DNA of 62,941 bases, filler included, from Anaerolineae bacterium (GTDB lineage Bacteria > Chloroflexota > Anaerolineae > Epilineales > Epilineaceae): NCBI GenBank assembly GCA_029262755.1. It is 5 parts of 5 records of this genome, joined end to end, with 100 filler letters (N's around TTAATTAATTAA, not from the genome) between each part and the next. Parts side by side here need not be neighbours in the genome. Positions count along the whole stretch, not along the records: positions 19,862 to 37,891 come from JAJCYU010000063.1; 4 more parts are not named here. One strand, 5' to 3'. Positions 19,862 through 31,093 of the stretch are shown piece by piece. Each line of letters begins with the position of its first letter. Positions within the stretch are counted from its first letter, which is position 1. The notes under the pieces were generated by a model. The model had not been told where the DNA came from, ran no database searches, and saw only the letters and a list, made by a program, of their open reading frames with translations. A program made the position numbers and the translations under genes.

Positions 19862-22453
19862 GCCGTCCGGATCGCGCAGCATGGCCCGCGCATCCGCATC
19901 CAGCAACGCGTTCTGGGTCACGAAGGGTTCGCCGAACCCGCCGTGCGGATCCAAGCGCACGACGCCGCGTCCGGTGGTCACCCACAGCCGTCCGCCACGT
20001 GCCACCGCCATGCCGATTGCGCCCGGCGACGTCGCGAGCGATGGCGGCCACGAGTAGGCCTTCATCGCCCCATCGGAATCGAGTCTAATCACACCGCCGG
20101 GAGGCGTCGCACCGGGTGCCCCCCCACGATCGGTCGCCAGCCACAGCGTCCCATCCGGCCGCGCAACCAGCGCGCGCACGGGACCACCCGCCGGCAGCTC
20201 CGCCGCGGGCCACTCGGCCACCAACGCGCCCGCCGCCGACACGAGCGCCAGCCCACCCTCGCCGCCGACCCACACGGCACCCTCTAGGTCGCCGCACTCA
20301 TCGGGCGCATTCGCGTCCTCGAAGTTCAACGCGAGCGCCCAAATGTGCCCCGTGACCACGCCCGTCCCGCCCAGCACGGACCGAAGCCCACCGTCCGCAC
20401 CGCGCCGCACCAGCCCGGCCTTGGTGCCGATCCACGCCGTGCCTTGCGCGTCGACGGCGAGGGCAAAGACCTCGTCGTGGGGCAAACCGTGCCGATGATC
20501 GATAACCTGCCACCCTCGTTCCGGATCGCCGAAGGTCACGCCGCCGCCGTGCGCTACGAGCGGCCCGCCGCGCGCGGGATCGTGCGGACGATAGGTCGGC
20601 GTCGTGCCCAACCACGTGCGCCCATCGGGCCCGAACACGATGGCTTCGACCCGGTCACCGCCTAGCCCATCGGTCGTTCCGAAGCGCTGAACATCGCCAT
20701 TGCCGCGCATGCGCGCGACCCCGCCGCCATAGGTGCCGATCCACAGGGCGCCGTCGGGCGCCGCTGCCAAAGACAAGATGGGCGCGTCGGGCAGACCCTC
20801 GCGCGCCCTCAAGTGGCGGGTTAGGCCGTCCGCTTCGCGGCGCCAGAGTGCGTTGAGATGCCCGACCCATACGCCGCCGTCCTGGTCTACAACCACAGGC
20901 TGCCGGTCGATCCGACCCGTGCGCCACGTCGATCGCGTCCACGTGCCCTGCGGCCCAATCTCCTGTACCCCGCTCCCGTGCCCGACCACGAGCAGCTCTG
21001 CACGAGACGGGTCCGCGAGCACGTTGCTGATCTCGTCGGGCAACGGCGGGCTTGTGCCGCCATAGCCGCGCCACGTGCCGTCGGTTCGCACGTGCGCGAG
21101 GCCGGCGCCCCGCGGAATGTCTCCGCACAAGAGGACGCCCCCGATCGACCCGAATGTTGATGCAGCGCACCGGCTGTAACTTTGGAGTTCCTCGGGGAGC
21201 CCCCTTTGAAACGCAGACTGCGGATGCACCTCCCGCACAGTTTCGACGACACCGGAGGGTAATACGCGCAGAATGCCGGCCGAAGTCTCCCGCCACAACT
21301 CGGGTGGCTCATTGTGAAGGAGTTCGCGCGAGCCGAACAACCACATGGCACCCTCTTCGTCGCTGACGAGTTCACGAATCGACCAGTCGGCAAGGCGCTC
21401 GTTCGCGACCTGGGCCCATGCACCATCTTCCCAGCGCAACACGCCGAGATCGTGCAGCGATACCCACGGAGCACCGCGAGCGTCGACGGCCAGATCGCGG
21501 ATCCACGCATCCTCAAAGTCCCACGCAGCGTCCGACCACTCCCCGTCGCCATCCACATGCACCATGCGCTGGTTGGGCCGACCGTTGTTGCCGAGGGTCG
21601 CCCACAAGCCTCCGCGGCCGTCCGGGGACATGAAATTCAGGGGACCCGTACCATCGTCTCCTTCCTCGCCCCCATCTTCCTTCGGCGGTTCTTCTATGCG
21701 CGTCCAATTCCCATCGGACCATCGGAACAGGCCGTCCGTCCAGGACCAGGCGAACACGTCGCCACTCATCCCGGACACGACGTCCATCACGTGGACGACA
21801 TCCTTCTCAAAGCACGTCCATCGCCCATCGGGCGCTCGCCGCGCTACGGTGCTCGTCACGTCTACGGGATCAGCGACGATTGGCGTACCGCTCGCGGCGG
21901 GGCAGCCGATCACCCACACGCCGCCGTCCCCGTCGATCGCAACATGGGAGGTCGGCTCCAATGTGTGACGCTCCATCCGTTCTGTCCGCAGATCCCACGA
22001 AACCAGCCCGCCGTAGGTCCCCGCCCACACACGTCGTCCGTCTGGATCCGCCGCCACCACCCTGACGCGGTCGGTCGCCGAGAGATGCGTCCAGCCGCCG
22101 GTCCGCGCGGTATCGCCGGACCACGTTGCCTGCTGCGCTTCGAAGACTCCGACCAAGGGTAGGTGGAGGCGTGCGACCGCTTGGGCATGGCTGATACGGG
22201 CACGAAACGGTGCAGCCGGGTGTGGTGCATCGACGTCGATCGCGATGTCGACCGCGAAGAGGGCAGCTACAGCCGCGAAGGTCGCGACCGCCGCGGTGAT
22301 CGCGACGCTCGTCGCGGGCCGCAGCCGGTGGGCTGCGCGGATTCGCGGACGATTCCGGGCGCGTGCCGGGTCTTTGGGCGCGTGCGCCGGCCGCGTTACG
22401 GGCGTCACGCGCGCCTGGCGAGCGCCTCGTTCTGTAGCATTCGGTCGGTCCAT
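19862..22453 (-). CDS. secreted/membrane beta-propeller protein with two-component-regulator-propeller-type repeats (3' truncated)
   Basis: Repeated GLPxxxVxALAxDxxGxxWIGTxxG units; N-terminal TM helix followed by RLHLPLV. Confidence 0.82.
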
Positions 22454-22533
22454 GCCGCCATCATGGCACGAAGCGAGCGAGCAGAGCTAACGGTTGCCCT
22501 TCGCTTGCGGGCCGGAAGTCAGCCGCGCCCATG

Positions 22534-22986
22534 CTAGCCCCGCAGCAGCCGCCGGGTGCGCCACGTCCGAAACGCGAACAAGGGCCGTAGGCTGCCCCAC
22601 ATCCCCCACGCGATGAGCGCGCGCGGCAAACGGCGCGAAGGCGCCGCCTCGATCCGATCGATCACCCAGGTCGCGTCCTCACCGTCGGCCTCAAACGCAT
22701 GCGTGTGCACCCAGCTATCGAAGGGGCCCTCCAGTTGGCGGTCGACGAAGCCGCCCTCGTCCACCTGCTCGATGCGCGCGCGCCAGCGGATGGGCACGGG
22801 GCCGAACCAGATCGTGAAGCGCATCTCGTCGCCTTCCCCGAGCACGTCAGGGGCCTCCGTAACGCGGACGATGGCGGGGGGCGGCGTCAGCAGGCCGAGT
22901 CCGTCGGACCGCGCGTGGAATTCGCGCACCGCCTCGAGCGGCGCGGCAACACGAAAGCGGTGGTCGAAGCGCAGGATCGAAGACAT
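22534..22986 (-). CDS. SRPBCC family (cyclase/dehydrase-like) protein
   Basis: APLEAVREFH...LLTPP, FVDRQLEGPFDSWVHTHAF; typical neighbour of TIGR01777 genes. Confidence 0.85.
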   Translation of the reverse strand: MSSILRFDHRFRVAAPLEAVREFHARSDGLGLLTPPPAIVRVTEAPDVLGEGDEMRFTIWFGPVPIRWRARIEQVDEGGFVDRQLEGPFDSWVHTHAFEADGEDATWVIDRIEAAPSRRLPRALIAWGMWGSLRPLFAFRTWRTRRLLRG

Positions 22987-23004
22987 GGTCGGCTCGAGAC
23001 CCGG

Positions 23005-23922
23005 CTAGCCGAGTAGGTCGCGCACGGCTTCATCGAGATCGCCGAAGCGCGGCGTCCAACCGGCGGCCGTGAGGCGCGCTGGGACCGCGCGCAAGGAGTC
23101 GAGCACGACCTGCGCCTGCTCGCCGAGCAAGAGGCGGATCGCGAAGCCGGGCACGGGCATCACGGTCGGACGGCCGAGGGCGCGGCCCACGGCACGGGTG
23201 AGCTGCGCGTTCGTCGCGGATTCCGGCGCCGCCAGGTTGTAGGCGCCGCTCGCATCCGCATGCTCGATCAGGAAGTGCAGGGCGGAGGCTTCATCGGCAC
23301 GATGGATCCAAGGAACCCACTGCTTGCCGCCGCCGACCGGCCCGCCGACGAAGAAGCGCACCGGCATGGCCAAACGCGGCAACGCGCCCTCGTCGTCGTC
23401 GAGCACGACGCCCGTGCGCGCGATCACGCGCCGCACGCCGGCCGCCTCGACAGGGGCGCTGGCCGCCTCCCATTCGCGCACGACGAGCGCGAGGAAGTCG
23501 TCGGACGAAGGGGCAGGCGTGACGTCCTCGGTGAGCACTTGGTCGCCGCTGTCACCATAACGGCCGACCGCCGAGCCCTGCACGAGCACCGGTGGCGGTG
23601 TGTCGGCCGATGTGATCGCCTCCACGACCGCCTGGGTGGCGCGCAGCCGGCTCTCCAAGCTCACCTGCTTGCGCGCTTCGGTCCAACGTCCAGCGCCGAG
23701 GTTGGCTCCGGCCAGGTTGACGATCGCGCCCGCGCCGTCCGCCTCGTGGGCCCATCCGTCTGCCGTGGCCGCATCCCAGCCGATGGCACGGGCGCCGGCA
23801 GGCAATCCTGTGACGCGTTCCGGGCTACGGCTCAAGATCACGACCTCGTGCTCGTGCGCGACCAGCCGCTTGGTGAGGGCCCGGCCGATCAGACCTGATC
23901 CACCGGTAATGAGGACGCGCAT
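23005..23922 (-). CDS. TIGR01777 family NAD-dependent epimerase/oxidoreductase
   Basis: MRVLITGGSGLIG, IVNLAGA, RWTEARK, RTGVVL, GKQWVPWIHRAD. Confidence 0.92.
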   Translation of the reverse strand: MRVLITGGSGLIGRALTKRLVAHEHEVVILSRSPERVTGLPAGARAIGWDAATADGWAHEADGAGAIVNLAGANLGAGRWTEARKQVSLESRLRATQAVVEAITSADTPPPVLVQGSAVGRYGDSGDQVLTEDVTPAPSSDDFLALVVREWEAASAPVEAAGVRRVIARTGVVLDDDEGALPRLAMPVRFFVGGPVGGGKQWVPWIHRADEASALHFLIEHADASGAYNLAAPESATNAQLTRAVGRALGRPTVMPVPGFAIRLLLGEQAQVVLDSLRAVPARLTAAGWTPRFGDLDEAVRDLLG

Positions 23923-24236
23923 GAGCAGGCTCCTGGGGCAGGGAGGGATCAAGAAGGGATGGATTCGCAAGAAGCAGGATTCGTTGCGCAGGAATCCGAA
24001 GTGTAGACGGGTTGCCGCGGCGCCGCCTTACCTGCCGGACCGGCGCATCGACGCGTCACGTACGGAATGTCGGTGCAGCGGACCGTGTGCGGCGATCATT
24101 TTGCGGCGGGCATCAAGCAGGGCGACACGGAAGATCGACGCGCGACGAACGGTGTCGCGGCGCGGCAAAGCGATCCGGCGGAGGCGGGCGCAAGCTCATT
24201 GTACGTCGAGCTTGCCGTTGCGGGCTTGACGAACGC

Positions 24237-25931
24237 CTAGCCGAGGATGTCGGGCAGCTCCGCGAACTCGCCGCTGTTCGGTCCGGCAACCGGGAGCGAG
24301 AAGGAGATCGTGAGCCCCTTGCCCTCGCCTTCGCTGACGGCCCAGATGCTGCCGCCGTGGCGGCGGATGATCTCGTGACTCAGCGACAAGCCGAGGCCCA
24401 TCCCTTCGAAGCGGCGCGTCATCCCGCCGTCGGCCTGGTAGAAGCGCTCGAAGAGACGCTCCAACTTCTCCGGCGGAACCCCGACGCCCTCGTCGACGAC
24501 CGACACCAGCACGCGTCCATCGCGCTGCGCAGCGTAGACCCGTGCGCAACCGCCGTCCGGGCTGAACTTTCGGGCATTGTCGAAGAGGTTGTTCAAGACC
24601 TGGCGCAAATAGTCGATGCTGCCGATGACCGGTGCGACGTCCTCGTCGACAGAAAGCTCCAAGCCCAGCCCGTCGCGTTCGAGGATCGGACGCCAAGACA
24701 CGGCGGCCTCGTGCAGCAGTTGCGGTATCACGACCCTGCTCATGGGCATCTCTTCGCGGTCCAGCCGTTGGAAGGTAAGCAGCAGATCGACGAGGTGCGT
24801 TAGGTGGTGGGCGCTGACCAGAATGTTCTCGGATGCCTGGTGCGGATCCTCTTCCAGGACGCCGAGCGTGCCGTCGCTGAGCATTTCGGCCCAGGCGGAG
24901 ATGACCGACAGCGGCGAGCGCAACTCGTGCGACACGTTGGCCAGCATCTGTTCTCTGGCTTCCAACGCATCGGCGAGGCGCGTGTAAAGCCGCGCGTTCG
25001 CGACCGCGACGCCGAGATGCTCGGCCAGGGTGCGCAACACCATCTGGTCGACGTCGTCGAAGGCATCGGGACGAGATTCGCTAACGGCCAGCAGCGCCAC
25101 GATCTTGTCGTCCACGCGGACGGGCAGGATCGCTTCCGCCACGATGTCGCTGCGCCCCGGCACCGCGACGAAGGAGGTCTCGCGGCTCACGTCGTTCGAC
25201 ACGTGAGGGTCGCCGTCGCGGTAGACCACGCCGAGCAGACCGGCGTCGAGCGGTTGTTCGTAGCCCGCAACGACCGGTCCGCCTTCCGCTTCCGTTGCCA
25301 TCGCCTCCAGGCGGAACCGTTGGGAGCGTTCATCGACGCTGAAGAGGCTTGCGTCCGCGTAGCCGAAGGTCTGATGAATGGACTCGACCGTGCGAACATA
25401 GAGTTCTTGCAGGTCGCGCGCGGCATTGAGGGCGGCCGACACTTCGTTGATCAGCAGCAGCTGTTGGTTGCGCCGCTTCAACGCATCGGTGCGCGAAGAC
25501 ACCGACTCCTCAAGTTGGCGCCGATAGCGTTGGTTCTCCACTTCGAGCCGCTGCTTCTCGCGCAAGAGACGACAGTGGTTATACGCACGCTCGACCACCC
25601 GCAGCAGGTCGGGCTGATCCACGGGCTTTACCAGGTAGTCGTATGCGCCGATGCGCAGGGCGTCGACCGCGGTCTCCACGGCCGGGCGGCCCGTGACCAG
25701 CACGACGGGCATGCCCGGCGCGTGCTCGACGGCCCAGTTGAGCAGGTCGATGCCGGTCGATTGTGCCATGCGCACGTCGGAGACGAGCACGTCCGCCGGT
25801 GCGGCGTCGAGCAACTCGCGCGCAGCGGCCACCGAGCCCGCGGCGCGGACCTGGTGACCCGTCTCCTCGAGCCAGATGCTGAACAACTCTCGGATGACGA
25901 CCTCATCATCCACGACTAAGATCGATGCCAC
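24237..25931 (-). CDS. cytoplasmic hybrid histidine kinase (REC-coiled coil-GAF-HisKA-HATPase)
   Basis: ILVVDDE/SDVRM/YLVKP receiver, GAF region, SHELRSPL H-box, NLFDNARKF, DEGVG, GMGLGL; no TM helix. Confidence 0.92.
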   Translation of the reverse strand: MASILVVDDEVVIRELFSIWLEETGHQVRAAGSVAAARELLDAAPADVLVSDVRMAQSTGIDLLNWAVEHAPGMPVVLVTGRPAVETAVDALRIGAYDYLVKPVDQPDLLRVVERAYNHCRLLREKQRLEVENQRYRRQLEESVSSRTDALKRRNQQLLLINEVSAALNAARDLQELYVRTVESIHQTFGYADASLFSVDERSQRFRLEAMATEAEGGPVVAGYEQPLDAGLLGVVYRDGDPHVSNDVSRETSFVAVPGRSDIVAEAILPVRVDDKIVALLAVSESRPDAFDDVDQMVLRTLAEHLGVAVANARLYTRLADALEAREQMLANVSHELRSPLSVISAWAEMLSDGTLGVLEEDPHQASENILVSAHHLTHLVDLLLTFQRLDREEMPMSRVVIPQLLHEAAVSWRPILERDGLGLELSVDEDVAPVIGSIDYLRQVLNNLFDNARKFSPDGGCARVYAAQRDGRVLVSVVDEGVGVPPEKLERLFERFYQADGGMTRRFEGMGLGLSLSHEIIRRHGGSIWAVSEGEGKGLTISFSLPVAGPNSGEFAELPDILG

Positions 25932-26109
25932 GTGCGCCGCTGCTCCCCGTTGGACGTTCGAGCACCTCGCCCGCCACCCGCTGGGGTGGACGGAGTGCCC
26001 TTCGCCAGGAGTCTACCGTCGTGCGACCTACTCGCAAGTAGAAACTGGTCTCGTTCCGGTTGACGCCCCTTCGGTTGCACCCGAACGAACAGAGCGTCGC
26101 GTATGCCAC

Positions 26110-26802
26110 TTACTCGGATGCGACGTCCAAAGACACCCGGAGCCCACGCGCCAGGCTTTGGCCGACCACGCGTTCGGCGTCGCCCAGGCGCAACGTGATT
26201 GGGCCATCAAAGGGTGCCGCGGAGCGAAACTCGAAGCCGGATCCCGGAATGAGGCCGATCTGCGCAAGATAGCGCAGGCGCTCGGCGTCGTGGGTCTTCA
26301 CCCTGCTGACGCTCCCCAGCGCACCGGGTTTGAGCGAAGGCGCGACGTCCGCGAGCATCTGGTCGTCCACCACGGGCAGCACACCGTCCGCCGAGGGAAT
26401 CGGTTCTCCATGCGGGCAGCGCGTGGGATGGCCGGTCAGCTGATCCATGCGCGCTTCGATGCGCGCATCAACACCTTGCTCGACCGTGTCCGCTAAATCG
26501 TGGACCTCCGCCCAGTCATAGCCCATGATCTGGACCAGGAAGCACTCCACGAGCCGGTGGCGTCGGATCGCCGGTAGGCACGCCCGCTCGCCCCGGGGCG
26601 TGAGGCAGACGCCCTGGTAACGCTCGTGTCGCACAAGCCCGGCCTCTTCGAGGCGGCGCACCATGCGCGATACGGCTTGGGCGGAGACATGGACGTGGTC
26701 TGCGATGTCGCTGAGCGTAACGGGCGGGTCTTCGCGCTCGAGGCGCCAGATTTCCGCCGCGTAGCGCTGCATGGCCCAGCTGATCGGTGTTCGGGTGGAC
26801 AT
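26110..26802 (-). CDS. DtxR/MntR family metal-dependent repressor with FeoA-like C-terminus
   Basis: HTH SDIADHVHVSAQAVSRMVRRL, IRRHRLVECFL, HPTRCPHGEPIP. Confidence 0.92.
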   Translation of the reverse strand: MSTRTPISWAMQRYAAEIWRLEREDPPVTLSDIADHVHVSAQAVSRMVRRLEEAGLVRHERYQGVCLTPRGERACLPAIRRHRLVECFLVQIMGYDWAEVHDLADTVEQGVDARIEARMDQLTGHPTRCPHGEPIPSADGVLPVVDDQMLADVAPSLKPGALGSVSRVKTHDAERLRYLAQIGLIPGSGFEFRSAAPFDGPITLRLGDAERVVGQSLARGLRVSLDVASE

Positions 26803-27011
26803 GGGGCACCGATTCGCGACATGCGTCGCGTAGACGTTGGTTTCGGAGGTATTCGCAACCCGGTTGCAAAGGGCAGCGGACCGGGTTGCATCGGTCGAGC
26901 ACCTCGGGGCCTTGACCTACCCCCGCCCGATGCGAATAAAATTAGCATCCATGAGAGAAAGTTCAACGCGCCCGGCCTCGCGCCGGCCGCTGCCCCACCG
27001 AGGTTCGTAGA

Positions 27012-28190
27012 ATGACCACCCAGAACAACGGTCGGATAGGTCTACGGCCTATCCCGTTGGTCTCCGGCCTTTGCCTAATCCTCCTGGCGCTCTCCGTTCT
27101 CGCTTGCGCACCCGCCGCCCAGCCGGATCCCGCCGACGACGCCGGCGGCTCGCCCGCCGATGCAGCGACGCCGCTCGACGCGAGCACGGTTCCTTCGGAC
27201 GCGGCCAAGCCCGATCCCGTGACCCCCAGCGCAGCAGAGCCCGAGCCGCCGGCGGCCGATGCACCCGGCCCCCTCGTGGTGTATTCCGGACGTTCCGAGA
27301 GTCTGGTCGGGCCATTGATCGAGCGCTACAGGGAATCGACCGGCGCAAGCATCGAGCTACGCTACGGCGGCACCGCGGAGTTGGCGGCCACCATCCTGGA
27401 AGAGGGCGACCGCTCGCCGGCCGACGTGTTCTTCGCCCAGGATCCCGGCGGCCTCGGTGCGGTGTCGGATCGGCTCGCGCCCCTGCCGGACGACGTGTTG
27501 GAGCTGATACCCGCCGGATTCCGCGCCGCAGACGGACGTTGGGTTGGTGTTTCCGGCCGGGCGCGCGTAATCGCGTACCACACGGCCACGCTGTCGCCGG
27601 AGGACCTACCCGCCGATCTGGACGGGTTCGCGGATCCCGCCTGGCGCGGGCGCATCGGCTGGGCGCCGACCAACGGATCGTTCCAAACCATGGTGACCGG
27701 CATGCGGGCCGCCTGGGGCGAGGAACGTACGCGAGCGTGGCTGGAGGCCATCCAGGCCAACGAGCCGACCGTCTATGCGAGCAACACGCCCCTCGTGGCC
27801 GCTGTGGCGGCCGGTGAGGTGGAAGTGGGATTCACGAACCACTACTACCTATACCGCTTTCTGGCCGAAGAGGGCGAAGACTTCGGCGCGCGCAATCACT
27901 TCCTGCCCGGCGGCGGACCGGGCTCGCTCGTGATGGTCTCGGGCGCCGGTATGCTCGCCACCACCACGCGCCCCGACGCGTCCCGCGCCTTCCTCGCTTA
28001 CCTGCTGAGCGCGGAGGCACAGACCTACTTTGCAGAGAATACGCACGAATATCCCCTCAGCTCCGGCGTCCAGCCGGCCGATGATCTGCCGCCCCTCGCA
28101 TCGCTCAACGCCATCGACCTGCCGTTGGGCGATCTGGCGGACTTGCAAGGCACCGTGACCCTGCTGCAGGAGGTCGGTGCGTTGCCGTGA
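27012..28190 (+). CDS. Fe3+ ABC transporter substrate-binding lipoprotein (FbpA/FutA-like)
   Basis: VLAC lipobox; LVVYSGRSE, EEGDRSPADVF, WVGVSGRARV, NHYY, EYPL; start uncertain. Confidence 0.9.
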   Translation: MTTQNNGRIGLRPIPLVSGLCLILLALSVLACAPAAQPDPADDAGGSPADAATPLDASTVPSDAAKPDPVTPSAAEPEPPAADAPGPLVVYSGRSESLVGPLIERYRESTGASIELRYGGTAELAATILEEGDRSPADVFFAQDPGGLGAVSDRLAPLPDDVLELIPAGFRAADGRWVGVSGRARVIAYHTATLSPEDLPADLDGFADPAWRGRIGWAPTNGSFQTMVTGMRAAWGEERTRAWLEAIQANEPTVYASNTPLVAAVAAGEVEVGFTNHYYLYRFLAEEGEDFGARNHFLPGGGPGSLVMVSGAGMLATTTRPDASRAFLAYLLSAEAQTYFAENTHEYPLSSGVQPADDLPPLASLNAIDLPLGDLADLQGTVTLLQEVGALP

Positions 28191-29815
28191 TCGCACGGGG
28201 CATGGACCGTCGTAGAGCCGGAGGAGGCCTCGCCGACCGCCTGACGGCGCCCGTCACCTGGGTGACGATCGCCGCCGTAGTGGTCGGTGGATTGTCGTTG
28301 GTGCCGCTGGGCTACCTGCTCCTGCGCGCGGTTGACGCCGGGCCGGAAACATGGGCCGTACTGCGTCGTGCTTCGACGCTGGCCACCGTAGGGCGCACGT
28401 TGGCTCTCGCCCTCGCCGTGCCGCTTGCGTCGGCCGTGGTCGCCGTGCCCATCGCGTGGCTGACCGTGCGCACGGACCTGCCGCTACGCCGGTTCTGGGC
28501 CCTGACGTCCGCGTTGCCGCTCTCGTTGCCCAGCTACGTGGTCGCGACGCTGTACGTGGCCGCGATTGGGCCGCGCGGCCTCCTCTACCAGTGGTTGGCG
28601 GAGCGCGGCATCGCCGTGGACGGCCTGCCCTCGATCTATGGCTTCCCCGGCGCCCTGCTCGCCGTCACGGCCGTGACGTACCCCTACGTACTGCTGGCCA
28701 CGCGCGCCGGATTGCAGCGGCTCGATCCGGCCCTTGAGCAGGCCGCGCGCAGCCTTGGCGACGGTCCGTGGCGTTCGTTTCGCCGGGTCGTGCTGCCGCA
28801 GCTGCGCCCCGCGCTGGCCGCGGGCGCACTGCTCGCCGCCGTGTATGCCGTGCGCGACTTCGGCGCGGTGGCCATCATGCGCTTCGACACGTTCAGCCCG
28901 GTGATCTACGTCCAATACCAGAGCGCGTTCGACCGCACGGGTGCCGCAGTCACCGCGTTGCTCGCCGCGGTGGTCGGCCTTGCCCTGGTGATGCTGGAGC
29001 GGCGGATGCGCCCGCATGGCGCCCGCTACCATGCCGCACGGGCACGCGGTCCCGCGGCCGCGCCCACCATCCGCTTGGGGCGATGGCGGATCCCTGCGCT
29101 GCTGTGGTGCGCAGCGGTGGTCGGCGTGTCCCTCGTGCTGCCGGTGAGCGTGTTGCTATGGTGGCTGGTACGCGGCATCGCCGCCGGGCAGACGGTGGGC
29201 ATTGCCGCCCTCGTGGTGGCCGCGCGGCAATCCGCGTTGGCCGCCGGCCTCGCGGCCATCGTCACCGTAAGCGCTGCGGCGCCGGTCGCGCTCCTGCGCG
29301 TGCGCCGGCCCGGCCCGCTCGGCCGCTGGGTAGAGCGCGCGACGTGGACCGGCTTCGCGCTGCCCGGCGTCGCGGTCGCGCTGGCCCTGGTCTTCGTCGG
29401 AATTCGCACCGCACCCGCGCTCTATCAAAGCCTGCCGATGCTCGTTGGGGCATACGTGCTCCTCCTCCTACCACTAGCCGTCGGCACTGAACAGGCCGCT
29501 CTGCGCCAGGTGCATCCCCACCTGGAGCAGAGCGCACGGAGCCTGGGGAGGGGCCCCTGGTCGGCCTTCCGCGCCGTTACCCTCCCGCTCGCGGCCCCTG
29601 GCTTCGGCGCGGCGGCCCTGCTCGTCTTTCTCAGCGCGATGAAGGAGTTGCCGGCCACCCTCATCCTGGGTCCGGCCGGCTTCCGCCCCCTCGCGGTCCA
29701 GGTCTGGTCCGCGGCCAGCGAAGCCTATTTCGCCCGAGCGGCTGCGCCCGCATTGCTGCTGGTGGCCGTGTCGTCCCTTCCGGCCGCACTGCTGACCTTG
29801 CGGCGTGCGGCATGA
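28187..29815 (+). CDS. Fe3+ ABC transporter permease (FbpB-like)
   Basis: Multi-TM; two EAA loops (LEQAARSLG, LEQSARSLG); MKELPATL. Confidence 0.92.
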   Translation: MIARGMDRRRAGGGLADRLTAPVTWVTIAAVVVGGLSLVPLGYLLLRAVDAGPETWAVLRRASTLATVGRTLALALAVPLASAVVAVPIAWLTVRTDLPLRRFWALTSALPLSLPSYVVATLYVAAIGPRGLLYQWLAERGIAVDGLPSIYGFPGALLAVTAVTYPYVLLATRAGLQRLDPALEQAARSLGDGPWRSFRRVVLPQLRPALAAGALLAAVYAVRDFGAVAIMRFDTFSPVIYVQYQSAFDRTGAAVTALLAAVVGLALVMLERRMRPHGARYHAARARGPAAAPTIRLGRWRIPALLWCAAVVGVSLVLPVSVLLWWLVRGIAAGQTVGIAALVVAARQSALAAGLAAIVTVSAAAPVALLRVRRPGPLGRWVERATWTGFALPGVAVALALVFVGIRTAPALYQSLPMLVGAYVLLLLPLAVGTEQAALRQVHPHLEQSARSLGRGPWSAFRAVTLPLAAPGFGAAALLVFLSAMKELPATLILGPAGFRPLAVQVWSAASEAYFARAAAPALLLVAVSSLPAALLTLRRAA

Positions 29816-30963
29816 ACGCACAGCGTGGAACGAACGCACAAAGCGGCATGAACGCGCGCGCCACGGGACCCGCGGTGCGTTGCGCGGGCCTGTCGAAGGT
29901 CTACGGCAGGGTCCGCGCGCTCGACCGACTCGATCTCGAGATCCACGACGGCGAGATCCTTGCGCTACTCGGCCCAAGCGGCTGCGGCAAGACCACAACG
30001 CTGCGCCTGATCGCAGGGCTTGCCCGTCCGGACGAAGGGACCGTGTCCATCGAGGACCGAGTGGTCGCCGATGCCGCCACCGGACGCTTCGTCGCCCCGG
30101 AGCGTCGGCGCGTCGGCATGGTGTTTCAAGACTTCGCCCTCTTTCCGCATCTGAACGCCGCGCAGAACGTGGCCTTCGGCTTGACGGGGATCAAAGACCG
30201 GTCGGCGCGCGCCGCCCATGTGATGCGCATGCTCAGCCAGGTCGGTCTTGGGGGCCTCGGCGGACGCCTGCCGCATGAACTGTCCGGCGGCCAACAGCAA
30301 CGGGTCGCCCTTGCACGCGCCTTGGCGCCCGGGCCGGCCGTGCTCCTGCTCGACGAGCCCTTCTCCAATCTCGACGCTCGGATGCGCTACGTGGTGCGCG
30401 AAGAGGTGCGAGACGTCTTGAAGGCCACCGGCACAACCGCACTCTTCGTCACCCACGATCAGGCCGAAGCGCTCTTCATGGGCGACCGTGTGGCCGTGCT
30501 CAACGGTGGCCGCCTGGAACAGGTCGATGTGCCGGAGGCCGTCTACGAGCGCCCGGCAACGCACTTCGTCGCGGACTTCCTGGATCAAGCACGCTTCGTC
30601 ACGGGTACGATCGTGGAGGACGGCGCGGCTGTCGAGACGGCCCTCGGACGCCTCGCGCAGTCCTACGATCTACCGAGCGGCACCGCGGTCCAGGTTCTGG
30701 TGCGACCCGACGACGTGAGGCTGGACGAATTGCCGGCGACCGATGTGCAGCCGAATGGGCACAAGGCGATCGTCGAGCGGCGCTTCTTTCAAGGGATGAC
30801 CAACCTCTACCGCGTACGCCTGCACGATGGCCACGTGATCAAGGTGCAGACCCCGCATGAAAGGCGGCTCGCCACGGGTGAGGCCGTCGTCGCGCGCTTC
30901 GCAGCCAGTCATCCTATTCCCTGCTACTACGCGGGCCAGGTGCTGCAGCAGCGGGCGGTGTGA
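29812..30963 (+). CDS. Fe3+ ABC transporter ATP-binding protein (FbpC-like)
   Basis: GPSGCGKTT, LSGGQQQRVALARAL, LLLDEPFSNLD, TOBE-like C-terminus. Confidence 0.93.
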   Translation: MNAQRGTNAQSGMNARATGPAVRCAGLSKVYGRVRALDRLDLEIHDGEILALLGPSGCGKTTTLRLIAGLARPDEGTVSIEDRVVADAATGRFVAPERRRVGMVFQDFALFPHLNAAQNVAFGLTGIKDRSARAAHVMRMLSQVGLGGLGGRLPHELSGGQQQRVALARALAPGPAVLLLDEPFSNLDARMRYVVREEVRDVLKATGTTALFVTHDQAEALFMGDRVAVLNGGRLEQVDVPEAVYERPATHFVADFLDQARFVTGTIVEDGAAVETALGRLAQSYDLPSGTAVQVLVRPDDVRLDELPATDVQPNGHKAIVERRFFQGMTNLYRVRLHDGHVIKVQTPHERRLATGEAVVARFAASHPIPCYYAGQVLQQRAV

Positions 30964-30998
30964 ACGGCCGCCAGGCCGTCGCCCGTTGAATGAGCCCC

Positions 30999-31007
30999 TG
31001 CTATACT
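30999..31007 (+). promoter_or_regulatory. extended -10 promoter for the rib leader
   Basis: TGCTATACT upstream of the FMN riboswitch. Confidence 0.5.
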
Positions 31008-31093
31008 GGCGATCGTGACCGGCCGTCCTATTTCATTCTTGGACTGGGGTTGCAGATAAGGGCCGTCTCCGTCGTGGATCGGCCTCTGATATG

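Noticed and set aside
26934..26966. DtxR/MntR operator
   Set aside because: AT-rich and well placed, but no convincing palindrome; not called as a feature
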